Shown here: piece by piece, positions 9,041 to 18,599 of the stretch | Numbering within the stretch: the first letter of the stretch is position 1 | Layout: each line of letters begins with the position of its first letter | Source: Candidatus Blautia merdavium | Lineage (GTDB): Bacteria; Bacillota; Clostridia; Lachnospirales; Lachnospiraceae | Direction of reading: 5' to 3' | Assembly (NCBI GenBank): GCA_019119975.1 | Contig: DWVZ01000150.1 | Span: forward strand, 4,311 to 68,310 | Length of the DNA stretch: 64,000 nucleotides | Made by a program: the position numbers and the translations under genes | The notes under the pieces: generated by a model | What the model was told of the DNA's origin: nothing | Databases searched by the model: none | The model's input: the letters and a program-made list of their open reading frames with translations, nothing else

Positions 9041-9976
9041 TTAATCCCTGTATCCTGCTTCCTGCTGCTTGGGATTTTTCAGCTCGATCTCATGGTTGTC
9101 CGCCAGATTGATCTCATCGCTGTTGTAAACCTGGTACTCATCCCAAATCTTTTCCAGTGTCTCCAAGGTGGTCACGACTTCTTCCTGTCTGCGCATACTC
9201 AAAGCCACCACCAGGGCATTTACCACGCTTAAGGGCGCCACCAGGGAATCTACAATGGAAGCCATATCGCTTCTGGCAATGAGATTGCAGGAGGAATACA
9301 GGTTCATGGGGGAATGAATGCTGTCTGTCAGCGTGATCACTTTGGCATTTCTGTTGTTGGCAAATTCCAGCGCTTTTAAGGTACGCATGGAATACCTGGG
9401 GAAGCTGATGCCGATGATCACATCCTCCTTCCCGATGTGGATCATCTGTTCAAAAAGCTCGCTGGAACTGTTGGTATTGAGCAGATGCACACGGTCAAAG
9501 AGCAGATTGAAATAAAAGCCGAGAAAGCTGGCAATGGGCGCGCAGCTTCTGATTCCCACAATATAGATATTCTTGGCGTTTAATATGGTTTCCACAGCAA
9601 GTTCAAAGGCATCGTGGTCAATGTCTTCCATTGTCATCTTAATTTTATCAATATCCGAATGGAGCACCGTATCCAGGATCTCCGACTGGGGCACTTTCCC
9701 ATAGGTCACTTCCATCCTCTGAATGGAATTCAGCTTATTGCGCACCAGCTCTTCTAGCGCCTTCTGGAACTCCGGATAGCCCTTATAGCCCAGATGGATG
9801 GCAAAGCGCACCACGGTGGATTCACTGACTCCTACCGTTTCTCCCAGCCTGGCAGCGGTGAGAAAGGCTGCTTTGTCATAGTTTTCCCTGATATATGCAG
9901 CCAGCTTTTTCTGCCCCTTACTCAGCTTCTGGTATTTTTCATTCATTTGATTGAGTAAATTGTCTGTACTGCCCAT
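9041..9976 (-). CDS. MurR/RpiR-family transcriptional regulator (HTH_6 + SIS domain)
   Basis: N-terminal HTH (AARLGETVGVSESTVVRFAIHLGYKGYPEF) and a C-terminal SIS sugar-phosphate-binding domain. I trimmed the start to ATG 9976 (MGSTDNLL); the 72-codon upstream extension looks non-coding. Confidence 0.85.
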   Translation of the reverse strand: MGSTDNLLNQMNEKYQKLSKGQKKLAAYIRENYDKAAFLTAARLGETVGVSESTVVRFAIHLGYKGYPEFQKALEELVRNKLNSIQRMEVTYGKVPQSEILDTVLHSDIDKIKMTMEDIDHDAFELAVETILNAKNIYIVGIRSCAPIASFLGFYFNLLFDRVHLLNTNSSSELFEQMIHIGKEDVIIGISFPRYSMRTLKALEFANNRNAKVITLTDSIHSPMNLYSSCNLIARSDMASIVDSLVAPLSVVNALVVALSMRRQEEVVTTLETLEKIWDEYQVYNSDEINLADNHEIELKNPKQQEAGYRD

Positions 9977-10063
9977 ACGATGTGTTCCCTTCCTTACTAC
10001 ATTCTTTACATGCATTTTATCATAGCACAAAATGTAGAAAGTTTCAGCAAAAATTTTTTTACA

Positions 10064-10092
10064 TTGACTTTTTTCTCTGTGTGGACTATACT
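10064..10092 (+). promoter_or_regulatory. Candidate sigma-A promoter for the 77-aa gene
   Basis: TTGACT (10064-10069), 17-nt spacer, TATACT (10087-10092), about 60 nt upstream of the ATG at 10152. Confidence 0.5.
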
Positions 10093-10151
10093 TTTTCCTA
10101 CTATAAAAACCGGCTGTACCACTGCCGAGCGCACATAAGAGGAGGTTTTGC

Positions 10152-10385
10152 ATGATCAACCCGGTAAGGCTTATGGAATTAAAACGGATCAAGAATACTT
10201 TTGAAAAGAATCATCCCAAATTTTTCCCTTTTCTGAATGCTGTCTCAAAAGACGGGATCAAAGAGGGGACGATCATAGAACTCCAGGTAACTACCCCCGA
10301 GGGTACCTGTTATAAGACCAATCTGAAACTGACTGCTTCTGACATCGAAGCCCTTGAAAAGGCAAAAGCCCAGATCCCCGGTTAA
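10152..10385 (+). CDS. Small hypothetical protein (77 aa)
   Basis: AAGAGGAGG RBS 7 nt before the ATG, a consensus-like promoter upstream, and non-repetitive composition. I recognised no domain. Confidence 0.6.
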   Translation: MINPVRLMELKRIKNTFEKNHPKFFPFLNAVSKDGIKEGTIIELQVTTPEGTCYKTNLKLTASDIEALEKAKAQIPG

Positions 10386-10420
10386 GGGTCTGAGCTTTTT
10401 TCTTTCCTTTTCAAACAGCT

Positions 10421-11833
10421 TTATACCGGATAGGCTCCGTTTTCTGTATCTGCTTCTTTCGGATCTACCTTTGTCTGCTGTGCTTCTCTGTATTTGAAGA
10501 ATTCTGTAGCAACCTGCGGGAACAGTGCGTAAGACAGAACGTCCTCTTCCTGTTCGGACCACTGAGCCATCTCTCCTCTTAAGGTATCCAACTCTGGTTT
10601 CAGCAGGTCTGCCGGACGGCAGGTGATCACTTCTGCGTCGCCGATGCACTTCTTCTGCACTTCTGTATCAAACGGTTTTACCGTTGCGCCGTATTTTCCG
10701 CTTAAGACGTCTTTGGTCTCTTTTGTTACCATCTTGTAGCGTTCACCCATGATTACGTTGAACACTGCCTGTGTACCAACAATCTGGGAAGACGGTGTAA
10801 CCAGAGGCGGTTCACCCAGGTCTTTACGCACTCTTGGAACCTCTTCCAGAACATCGTAGAATTTGTCTTCTGCGTGCTGTTCTTTTAACTGAGAGGTCAG
10901 GTTGGAAAGCATACCGCCCGGTACCTGGTACAGCAGTGTCTTGATGTTGACGCCCAGGTTCTTTGGATTGAGCAGACCGCTGTCCAGCGCTTCGTCACGG
11001 ATCGGACGGAAGTAGTCAGCAATCTCAGCCAGAAGTTTCTGGTCAAATCCTGTGTCGTATGGTGTGCCTTTGAAAGTCTCTACCATAACCTCTGTAGCAG
11101 GCTGGGAAGTTCCCAGTGCAAATGGTGACATAGCTGTGTCGATCACGTCAACGCCTGCCTCCACTGCTTTTAAGTAGGTCATGGAAGCCACACCGGAAGT
11201 ATAATGTGTATGAAGCTGGATCGGAATATCAACAGCCTCTTTTAATGCTGTCACAAGCTCTGTAGCCGCATACGGAAGGAGAAGTCCTGCCATATCTTTG
11301 ATACAGATAGAGTTTGCGCCCATATCTTCTACTTTCTTTGCCATGTCTACCCAGTAATCCAGTGTGTAGGCATCGCCCAGTGTGTAGGACAGCGCTACCT
11401 GCGCATGACCTTTTTCTTTGTTGGCTGCTTTTACTGCGGTCTGCAGGTTTCTCAGGTCGTTTAAGCAGTCAAAAATACGGATGATATCAATACCGTTTGC
11501 AATGGATTTCTGTACGAAATATTCTACTACGTCATCTGCGTAAGGACGATATCCCAGGATGTTCTGTCCGCGGAATAACATCTGCAGCTTTGTATTTTTA
11601 AATCCGTCACGGAATTTACGAAGTCTGTCCCAGGGATCTTCCTTTAAGAAACGAAGGGAAGCGTCAAAGGTAGCACCGCCCCAGCATTCTACGGAATGAT
11701 ATCCCACTTTATCCAGTTTCTCTACGATAGGAAGCATCTGCTCTGTTGACATTCTTGTCGCGATCAGAGACTGATGTGCGTCACGCAGAATGGTTTCTGT
11801 AATTTTAATAGGTTTTTTTACTGCTTCTGCCAT
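10421..11833 (-). CDS. Oxaloacetate decarboxylase alpha / pyruvate carboxylase subunit B-type (5S-like) carboxyltransferase, with no biotinyl domain
   Basis: ITETILRDAHQSL... and HTHYTSG indicate an HMGL-like TIM barrel, followed by a PYC_OADA-type C-terminal region. The protein ends without an AMKM biotinyl domain. ATG 11833 has a GGAGG RBS at 8 nt. Confidence 0.88.
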   Translation of the reverse strand: MAEAVKKPIKITETILRDAHQSLIATRMSTEQMLPIVEKLDKVGYHSVECWGGATFDASLRFLKEDPWDRLRKFRDGFKNTKLQMLFRGQNILGYRPYADDVVEYFVQKSIANGIDIIRIFDCLNDLRNLQTAVKAANKEKGHAQVALSYTLGDAYTLDYWVDMAKKVEDMGANSICIKDMAGLLLPYAATELVTALKEAVDIPIQLHTHYTSGVASMTYLKAVEAGVDVIDTAMSPFALGTSQPATEVMVETFKGTPYDTGFDQKLLAEIADYFRPIRDEALDSGLLNPKNLGVNIKTLLYQVPGGMLSNLTSQLKEQHAEDKFYDVLEEVPRVRKDLGEPPLVTPSSQIVGTQAVFNVIMGERYKMVTKETKDVLSGKYGATVKPFDTEVQKKCIGDAEVITCRPADLLKPELDTLRGEMAQWSEQEEDVLSYALFPQVATEFFKYREAQQTKVDPKEADTENGAYPV

Positions 11834-11957
11834 TTCTATTTCCTCCATATTTATTTCCGCCGATATCCCGACAGCTGTCTGTCCGGATATCAGCGGCATC
11901 TTTCACTTTACACAGCCCAAAAGCCAGCGGCTTTTGGCTGTCTCTCTGATTCCAGGT

Positions 11958-13106
11958 TTATACCCCGAAGATAGCCATAAAGGTACCGGCTGCCACGGCA
12001 GTTCCGATAACACCAGCTACGTTGGGTCCCATCGCGTGCATCAGCAGGAAGTTGGTAGGATCTGCCTCCGCGCCTACTTTCTGGGATACACGGGCTGCCA
12101 TAGGAACGGCAGAAACACCTGCGGAACCGATCAGAGGATTGATCTTGCCGTGTGTCAGCTTGCACATCAGTTTACCCAGGAGCACACCGCCTGCGGTACC
12201 GAAGGCAAAGGCTACAAGACCAAGGACAACGATCTTAATGGTATCCATTTTCAGGAATGCTTCCGCGCTGGTAGCAGCACCTACGGAAGTACCCAGCAGG
12301 ATAACAACAATATACATCAGAGCATTGGATGCTGTCTCTGCCAGCTGTTTTACAACACCGGACTCACGGAACAGGTTACCAAGCATTAACATACCTACCA
12401 GCGGAGCCGTTGTAGGCAGGATCAGACATACAACAACGGTGATCACGATAGGGAACAGGATTTTCTCCAGTTTGGTAACCGGACGAAGCTGTTCCATTTT
12501 GATCTTTCTCTCTTCTTCTGTGGTCAGAAGCTTCATGATCGGCGGCTGGATAATAGGAACCAGTGACATATAGGAATAAGCTGCCACGGCAATAGCTCCC
12601 ATCAGACCGGACTGACCTAATTTACCTGCAAGGAAAATGGATGTAGGACCGTCAGCGCCTCCGATGATAGAGATAGCTGCTGCCGCCTTTCCATTGAATC
12701 CCATGAAGATTGCCAGGAAGTATGCAACATAAATACCAAGCTGTGCTGCCGCACCCATGATAAAGCTCTTAGGATTGGCGATCAGCGGACCAAAGTCTGT
12801 CATAGCACCTACGCCCAGGAAGATCAGGGACGGAAGTACACTCCACTCATCCAGGATATAGAAAATGTGGAGAAGACCGGCAACACCGTTTGACGTTTCC
12901 TCCGCACTCGCCATAATATCCGGATAGATATTAACCAAAAGCATACCAAACGCGATCGGTACCAGCAGCAGCGGCTCAAATCCCATCTTAATGGCAAGGA
13001 ACAAAAAGATAAATGCCACTAAGATCATGATCAGATTGCCTACTGTCAGATTCATAAATGCTGTCTGTCCAATCAAGTTTGACACGATATCTGCAACGTT
13101 AGACAT
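11958..13106 (-). CDS. Sodium ion-translocating decarboxylase beta subunit (OadB/MmdB/GcdB family)
   Basis: Polytopic membrane protein with the family motifs GAMTDFGPL and IIGGADGPTSIF. ATG 13106 (MSNVAD) is preceded by a GGGAGG RBS. Confidence 0.9.
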   Translation of the reverse strand: MSNVADIVSNLIGQTAFMNLTVGNLIMILVAFIFLFLAIKMGFEPLLLVPIAFGMLLVNIYPDIMASAEETSNGVAGLLHIFYILDEWSVLPSLIFLGVGAMTDFGPLIANPKSFIMGAAAQLGIYVAYFLAIFMGFNGKAAAAISIIGGADGPTSIFLAGKLGQSGLMGAIAVAAYSYMSLVPIIQPPIMKLLTTEEERKIKMEQLRPVTKLEKILFPIVITVVVCLILPTTAPLVGMLMLGNLFRESGVVKQLAETASNALMYIVVILLGTSVGAATSAEAFLKMDTIKIVVLGLVAFAFGTAGGVLLGKLMCKLTHGKINPLIGSAGVSAVPMAARVSQKVGAEADPTNFLLMHAMGPNVAGVIGTAVAAGTFMAIFGV

Positions 13107-13228
13107 TTTTTTACCTCCCATGTGTTTATTCATCACAGCCGGGGCACAGGATACTCACACCGTACCTCTGGCTGTCCGTACAGACAATTCTGCCTGTTCT
13201 TGGGAATTTACACTGTGTTATGCAAATT

Positions 13229-13603
13229 CTAGTTCATGGATGCCAGAACATCTCCGTTTTCTACAGCATCGCCTACAGCTACATTGATGCCTGCAACGGT
13301 TCCGTCCTGAGGAGCAACAACAGGAATCTCCATTTTCATGGCTTCCAGAACTACGATGGGATCTCCGGCTTTCACTGCCTGTCCGGCATTTGCTTCGATC
13401 TTGCAGACTTTGCCAGGTACAGAAGCTTTTACTTCGATCGCGCCTGCCGCTGCAGCAGGTGCTGCTGCTTTTGCTGCGGGTGCTGCTTTGGGAGCTGCCT
13501 TCGGTGCAGCTTTTGGTGCTGCTGCCGGTGCTGCATTTCCCGCACCTTCTTCTACTGTTACATCATACGCAACGCCATTTACTGTAATTGTATAAGATTT
13601 CAT
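13229..13603 (-). CDS. Biotin carboxyl carrier protein (1.3S / MmdC / GcdC-like)
   Basis: C-terminal biotinyl domain with EAMKME and a long Ala/Pro/Lys linker. ATG 13603 has AGGAGG at 8 nt; ATG 13609 is too close to the RBS. Confidence 0.88.
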   Translation of the reverse strand: MKSYTITVNGVAYDVTVEEGAGNAAPAAAPKAAPKAAPKAAPAAKAAAPAAAAGAIEVKASVPGKVCKIEANAGQAVKAGDPIVVLEAMKMEIPVVAPQDGTVAGINVAVGDAVENGDVLASMN

Positions 13604-13627
13604 ATTCATTTCCTCCTATGGGCTGAC

Positions 13628-14383
13628 TTACCGCCAATTTCTTTTCTTTGATTTTCTGATAGAACGTACGACAAAACCATCTGCAGAAGTGCCTTCGTAA
13701 GCTGCAACCGCTGCTGCGATCACTGCTACCAGCTCCTGATCGTCTGCAAGCTCTTCTTCCGGTTCCGGTACTGCTGCCGGTGCCGCCGGTACAGGAGCCG
13801 GCGCCGGTGCTGCTTCTGCTACTTTTTTCTTTCCGAAGGAATCTACAAATCCCGGAACAAATCTCAGAAGATAAATAATAAAGCTCAGGAAAATCAGTAC
13901 AAGGAAGACTGTCCCAAGACCTACGATCGTATTCATCAGCGCATCGGTCATCTTTTCACCCATACTGTAGTAGGGGCTGAATCCGATGCTCTCCGGATTT
14001 AACTTGCTGTCATATACCAGCTCTACTTCCGCATCCCGGTTGGCAAACTGTGCGTCAATCTTCACCACATACTGATTGCTGTCCAGCTTTACAGATACAT
14101 CTTCATATCCCTGATAAGCGCCCAGTTCCTCGGAAGAATCCATCCAGGCCTCAAATGCGCTTACCACAAAATCATCCAGTGCCGGATTGGTATCAATGGT
14201 CGCCTGCATCTCCTCTGCACTGTATCCTACCAAAGACTCCATAGTAGAAACACTGTACTGATCTAAGGTCTGTGCCACTGTTTCCTTGATTTCCTGTGTC
14301 TTTACAATGGAACAGCCTGCTAAAGACAAGGTCAGGACTCCTGCTGATACTAAACCGATTAATTTTTTCCATGTCTGCTTCAT
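13628..14383 (-). CDS. OadG-family decarboxylase gamma/delta subunit fused to an N-terminal lipoprotein domain
   Basis: Signal peptide with lipobox LSLAGC, then a soluble domain of ~150 aa. Then a TM helix (IVGLGTVFLVLIFLSFIIYLL), an Ala/Pro linker, and an ELVAVIAAAVAAYEG tail, which together make up the OadG module. ATG 14383 follows GAGGTG; the ORF-track start at 14392 is GTG. Confidence 0.8.
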   Translation of the reverse strand: MKQTWKKLIGLVSAGVLTLSLAGCSIVKTQEIKETVAQTLDQYSVSTMESLVGYSAEEMQATIDTNPALDDFVVSAFEAWMDSSEELGAYQGYEDVSVKLDSNQYVVKIDAQFANRDAEVELVYDSKLNPESIGFSPYYSMGEKMTDALMNTIVGLGTVFLVLIFLSFIIYLLRFVPGFVDSFGKKKVAEAAPAPAPVPAAPAAVPEPEEELADDQELVAVIAAAVAAYEGTSADGFVVRSIRKSKKRNWR

Positions 14384-14397
14384 ATGCTTCACCTCGC

Positions 14398-15834
14398 TTA
14401 AACCGTGCCGTGTTTCTTGCTTGGACGGTCTTCTCTCTTTGTGAATAACATTTCAAAAGCACCAATTACATATTTCCTTGTATCCTCTGCTTCGATGATC
14501 GTATCAACATAGCCTCTCTTTGCCGCTGACATAGCGCTGGACTGAAGCATTGCGTACTCAGCCGCTTTTTCATTGACGGTAGCGATATCTGCATCTGCGT
14601 ACATGATCTTTGCTGCCAGCTTGGCATCCATCATTCCAATCTGCGCGCTTGGCCATGCAAATACCATATCTGCGCCTGTTGACTTGCTGTTCATGGTCAG
14701 ATATGCGCTTCCGAACGCCTGTCCGATCACTACGTTCACCTTGGGAACGGTTGCGCTGATAAATGCGCTGGTCAGTTCCGCTGCGTTTCTTGCCATATTT
14801 GCTTCGGAGCATTTGGTTGCTTTGTAGCCTTTTACATTGGTCAGAGTCAGAACAGGGATTTCAAAAGCATCGCAGAATTTTACGAATTCTGCTGCTTTCT
14901 TGCAGCCTCTTGCAGATAAAACATTATCAAAGCTGTCTGTCTTCTCTCCTTCTTCGTTGTAGATCTCACTTCTGTTGGCTACACATCCTACGGTAGCGCC
15001 GTTGAGACGGATAAAGCCTGTAACCATATCCTTCGCATATTCAGCCTTTACTTCAAAGAACTGATTGTCGTCCGCAATCTGAGAAAGAGCAATTGAAGTG
15101 TCTCCCACACAGTTCTCCAGTTCCGGACAGATGCGGTTTAAGTCATCGGTGCATTCCACATAAGCGGAATTATCTTCATAATTAGACGGAAGCATGGAAA
15201 TCAGTTCTCTCATCTGAGCGATGATCTCCTCTTCGCTTCCCAGAACATCTACCAGACCTGCGTGTTCGCTCTGGTAAGCCGCACTTGAGGTATCACATTT
15301 AGAAATTTCATTTCCCTCCAGCGCGTTTGGTGAATTGACAAACAGTCTGCCTTTCTTCTCTTCCATGAAAGTAAAGTCTGTCAGTGCGGGAACTACTGCC
15401 AGTCCGCCGCCGCATGTACCGAAAATACCTGTGATCTGGGGGATCACGCCGGAAGCCATCACCTGTTTGGTGTAGATCTCACCAAAAGCGTTCAGAGCGT
15501 CGGTAGCCTCCTGGAGCCTTAATCCTGCGCAGTCGATCAGACCGATGACAGGAGCACCTGTCTTCATGGCAAGATCATACAGGCTTACGATTTTCTTCGC
15601 ATGCATTTCACCAATGGAACCGTTTAATACGGAAGCGTCCTGGCTGTAAACATATACCAGGCTGCCGTCGATAACACCGTATCCAGTGATGACACCGTCT
15701 GCCGGTGTTTCTTTGTCAGATAAGTTGAAATCCGTATTTCTGGCTGTGACACAGCCGCCGATCTCAACAAAACTGTTCTCATCAAGTAAAGCTGCGATTC
15801 TTTTACTTGCTAAGCTTTGTGCTGTACTACTCAT
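14398..15834 (-). CDS. Acyl-CoA carboxyltransferase (12S-like; methylmalonyl-CoA decarboxylase alpha / propionyl-CoA carboxylase beta family)
   Basis: Two carboxyltransferase half-domains (...KTGAPVIGLIDCAGLRLQE..., GTCGGGLAVVPALTDF, ...FCDAFEIPVLTLTNVKGY...). GGAGGG RBS. Confidence 0.88.
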   Translation of the reverse strand: MSSTAQSLASKRIAALLDENSFVEIGGCVTARNTDFNLSDKETPADGVITGYGVIDGSLVYVYSQDASVLNGSIGEMHAKKIVSLYDLAMKTGAPVIGLIDCAGLRLQEATDALNAFGEIYTKQVMASGVIPQITGIFGTCGGGLAVVPALTDFTFMEEKKGRLFVNSPNALEGNEISKCDTSSAAYQSEHAGLVDVLGSEEEIIAQMRELISMLPSNYEDNSAYVECTDDLNRICPELENCVGDTSIALSQIADDNQFFEVKAEYAKDMVTGFIRLNGATVGCVANRSEIYNEEGEKTDSFDNVLSARGCKKAAEFVKFCDAFEIPVLTLTNVKGYKATKCSEANMARNAAELTSAFISATVPKVNVVIGQAFGSAYLTMNSKSTGADMVFAWPSAQIGMMDAKLAAKIMYADADIATVNEKAAEYAMLQSSAMSAAKRGYVDTIIEAEDTRKYVIGAFEMLFTKREDRPSKKHGTV

Positions 15835-15970
15835 TGATCAGCCCTCCATTATTATTTATTTCACCTGGATTTCTGCATGGGTCAAATCCATGGTTTTATG
15901 CAGAAACCGCCTCTTGTATGGTACCACTTTAGTCAAGTACTGTGCAAAAACAAATTTCTGCGATGATAAA

Positions 15971-15999
15971 ATTGTACCTTGTTTTCCACAAATTTTCAA
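15971..15999 (-). promoter_or_regulatory. Candidate sigma-A promoter of the decarboxylase operon
   Basis: On the minus strand: TTGAAA (15999-15994), 17-nt spacer, TACAAT (15976-15971). It lies just downstream of the trpA stop and about 130 nt upstream of the ATG at 15834. Confidence 0.5.
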
Positions 16000-16016
16000 T
16001 AGGTTTTGATAAAGTT

Positions 16017-16805
16017 TTAACATCTGTTCTCTGCGTTTTTCACAGCATTTTTCATTTTTCTCACATATTCTGCAACATAAGGAATACTGTCTGCCCCATA
16101 CTTTTCGATTATTTTCACAATGGCGCTTCCTACAATGGCTCCGTCGGATACGGCTGCCATTTTTTCTGCCTGCTTGGGCGTGGAGATTCCAAAGCCCACT
16201 GCGCAGGGTGTATCGGTTGCCTGCCGTACCAGATCTACCATTGCTTTGATATCTGTTTTGATCTCACTTCTCACTCCGGTCACCCCAAGGGAGGATACAC
16301 AGTAGATATATCCTTCGGCTTCCTTTGCGATCCTGGAGATCCGCTCCTGTGAGGTAGGCGCGATCAGGGATATGATCTGGATTCCGTATGCTTCGCATAC
16401 AGGTTTCAGCTCTCCTTTTTCTTCATAAGGCATGTCCGGCACGATCAGACCGGAAATACCGCACTGGACGCACCGTTTCATAAATTTTTCTTTTCCGTAA
16501 GTATAGATAGGATTGACATAGGTGAGAAATACCATCGGAACATGGATCTTACCTACCGTCTTTTCCAGCATATCAAAAAGGCGGTCCGTGGTGCATCCGG
16601 CTTTTAACGCCCGCTCATTGGCTGCCTGTATGACAACCCCTTCTGCTGTGGGATCAGAAAAAGGAATGCCGATCTCGATCAAATCTGCCCCTGCCTCCTC
16701 CATGGCGTATAACAGCTGTTCCGTCACTTCCAGGGATGGATCTCCTGCTGTGATGAAGGGAATAAATGCTTTTTTCTTATCAAATGCTTCTGAAATTTTA
16801 TTCAT
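16017..16805 (-). CDS. trpA: Tryptophan synthase alpha chain
   Basis: 262 aa with [13 protein letters not shown] and [13 protein letters not shown] motifs. It overlaps the trpB stop by 8 nt. Confidence 0.95.
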   Translation of the reverse strand: MNKISEAFDKKKAFIPFITAGDPSLEVTEQLLYAMEEAGADLIEIGIPFSDPTAEGVVIQAANERALKAGCTTDRLFDMLEKTVGKIHVPMVFLTYVNPIYTYGKEKFMKRCVQCGISGLIVPDMPYEEKGELKPVCEAYGIQIISLIAPTSQERISRIAKEAEGYIYCVSSLGVTGVRSEIKTDIKAMVDLVRQATDTPCAVGFGISTPKQAEKMAAVSDGAIVGSAIVKIIEKYGADSIPYVAEYVRKMKNAVKNAENRC

Positions 16806-17982
16806 AGATCTCCACTCCTCTGTATCTTGCGATTGCCGCTACATCTTTGTCGCCTCTTCCTGACAGGTTCACTACCAGGATCTGGTCTTTTCTCATTTTG
16901 GGTGCCAGCTTTTTAGCATATGCCACAGCGTGGGCACTTTCAATGGCAGGGATGATCCCTTCTGTCCTTGACAGGTATTCAAAGGCTTCCACTGCCTCCT
17001 GATCCGTTACAGGCACATACCGGGCGCGGTTTGTTTCTGCCAGATTGGCGTGCTCCGGTCCGATGCCGGGGTAGTCCAGCCCTGCGGAAATGGAATATAC
17101 CGGCGCGATCTGTCCGTACTCATCCTGACAGAACAGGGATTTCATGCCATGGAAGACGCCGGTGGTTCCCCTGGCAACGGTGGCTGCGTGTTTCTCTGTA
17201 TCGATGCCCAGTCCTGCCGCTTCACAGCCGATCAGCTGCACGCTTTCATAGGGGATAAATTCATAAAAAGCCCCCATGGCATTGCTTCCTCCGCCCACAC
17301 AGGCAAGCACCGCATCCGGCAGTTTTCCTTCCTTTTCCATCAGCTGTTCCCGGATCTCTTTGCCGATGACCTTCTGAAAATCCCGGACGATCATAGGGAA
17401 GGGATGAGGACCCATCACGGACCCCAGCACATACAGGGTGTCATCCATCCTCCTGGTCCATTCCCGCATGGTTTCATTGACGGCATCCTTTAAAGTCTGG
17501 GTGCCGCTGGTAACGGCATGGACCTTTGCTCCTAAAAGCTCCATGCGGTATACATTGAGCGCCTGACGGTCTGTATCTTCTTTTCCCATAAAGATTTCAC
17601 ATTCCATATCCATCAGGGCTGCCGCGGTGGCAGTGGCAACTCCGTGCTGTCCCGCGCCGGTCTCTGCGATGACCCGTGTCTTTCCCATTTTCTTTGCCAG
17701 CAGCACCTGCCCCAGCACATTGTTGATCTTATGAGAGCCTGTATGGTTCAGGTCTTCTCTCTTTAAATAGATCTTTGCCCCGTTCAGATCTTTTGTCATC
17801 TTTTCTGCATAGTATAAAAGCGAAGGTCTGCCTGCGTAATTTTTCAGCAGCTCCTCCAGCTCCCGGATAAATTCCGGATCCTTTTTATATCTTTCATAGA
17901 CTTCTTCCAATTCCTGCACTGCGTTCATCAGTGTCTCCGGAATGTACTGTCCTCCATATTCTCCGTATCTTCCTTTGCTCAT
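16798..17982 (-). CDS. trpB: Tryptophan synthase beta chain
   Basis: [25 protein letters not shown] (PLP lysine) and GGGSNAMG. I set the start at ATG 17982, an ATGA overlap with the trpF stop; the 35-codon upstream extension is basic junk. Confidence 0.95.
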   Translation of the reverse strand: MSKGRYGEYGGQYIPETLMNAVQELEEVYERYKKDPEFIRELEELLKNYAGRPSLLYYAEKMTKDLNGAKIYLKREDLNHTGSHKINNVLGQVLLAKKMGKTRVIAETGAGQHGVATATAAALMDMECEIFMGKEDTDRQALNVYRMELLGAKVHAVTSGTQTLKDAVNETMREWTRRMDDTLYVLGSVMGPHPFPMIVRDFQKVIGKEIREQLMEKEGKLPDAVLACVGGGSNAMGAFYEFIPYESVQLIGCEAAGLGIDTEKHAATVARGTTGVFHGMKSLFCQDEYGQIAPVYSISAGLDYPGIGPEHANLAETNRARYVPVTDQEAVEAFEYLSRTEGIIPAIESAHAVAYAKKLAPKMRKDQILVVNLSGRGDKDVAAIARYRGVEIYE

Positions 17983-18599
17983 ATCGCTTCTCCTCTCACG
18001 GCTTTTAGAAATGCTTTTATTTTTTCCTCGTCTTTTCTTCCTTCTGTCTCCACTGCGCTGCTTACATCTACTGCCATCGGCGAGCACCGGGCAATGGCGT
18101 CCTTTACGTTGGATGCATTTAATCCTCCGGCAAGAAAGAAGGGTTTCTTCATCCGGGGAATCCTGCTCCAGTCAAAGGTCTTTCCGCTTCCCCCGTATAC
18201 ACCTTTTGTATAGGTATCCAAAAGCAGAAAATCACAGGACAGCGCCTCTGCCCTTAAGATATCTTCTGTATCCCGGACCCGGACAGCTTTCACTACAGGC
18301 ACATCTATAAGCTTCCTGATCTCTCTTAGGTAAGCCTCGTCTTCGTCTCCGTGCAGCTGGATCAGGTCGATGATCCCGGCTGCCGCAAGTCCGGCTGCTG
18401 CTTGCGGGTCCTCATTGACAAACACACCGACGGCTTTTATGTCCGGTGAAAGGGCTTTTTTCAACGCTTCTGCCTGGGAAGGAGAAATTTTTCTCTTTCC
18501 ATCTGCAAAGACAAATCCCGCGTAATCCGGCTTTAACCGGTTGATCATCTGGATGTCCTCCAGTGTTTTTAATCCGCAGATCTTGATTTTCGTTCTCAT
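17979..18599 (-). CDS. trpF: Phosphoribosylanthranilate isomerase
   Basis: 206 aa starting KICGLK..., with VQLHGDE-type LIQLHGDE and LAGGLN motifs. ATGA overlap with trpC. Confidence 0.92.
   Translation of the reverse strand: MRTKIKICGLKTLEDIQMINRLKPDYAGFVFADGKRKISPSQAEALKKALSPDIKAVGVFVNEDPQAAAGLAAAGIIDLIQLHGDEDEAYLREIRKLIDVPVVKAVRVRDTEDILRAEALSCDFLLLDTYTKGVYGGSGKTFDWSRIPRMKKPFFLAGGLNASNVKDAIARCSPMAVDVSSAVETEGRKDEEKIKAFLKAVRGEAI

Noticed and set aside
11790-12573. Plus-strand ORFs of 199 aa and 183 aa antisense to the decarboxylase beta subunit.
   Set aside because: They are opposite a clear polytopic OadB-family gene. No RBS.
13220-13651. A Cys-rich 143-aa plus-strand ORF, plus Ala-rich ORFs, overlapping the biotin carrier gene.
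   Set aside because: They are artefacts of the GC-rich Ala/Pro/Lys linker codons read on the opposite strand or in other frames.
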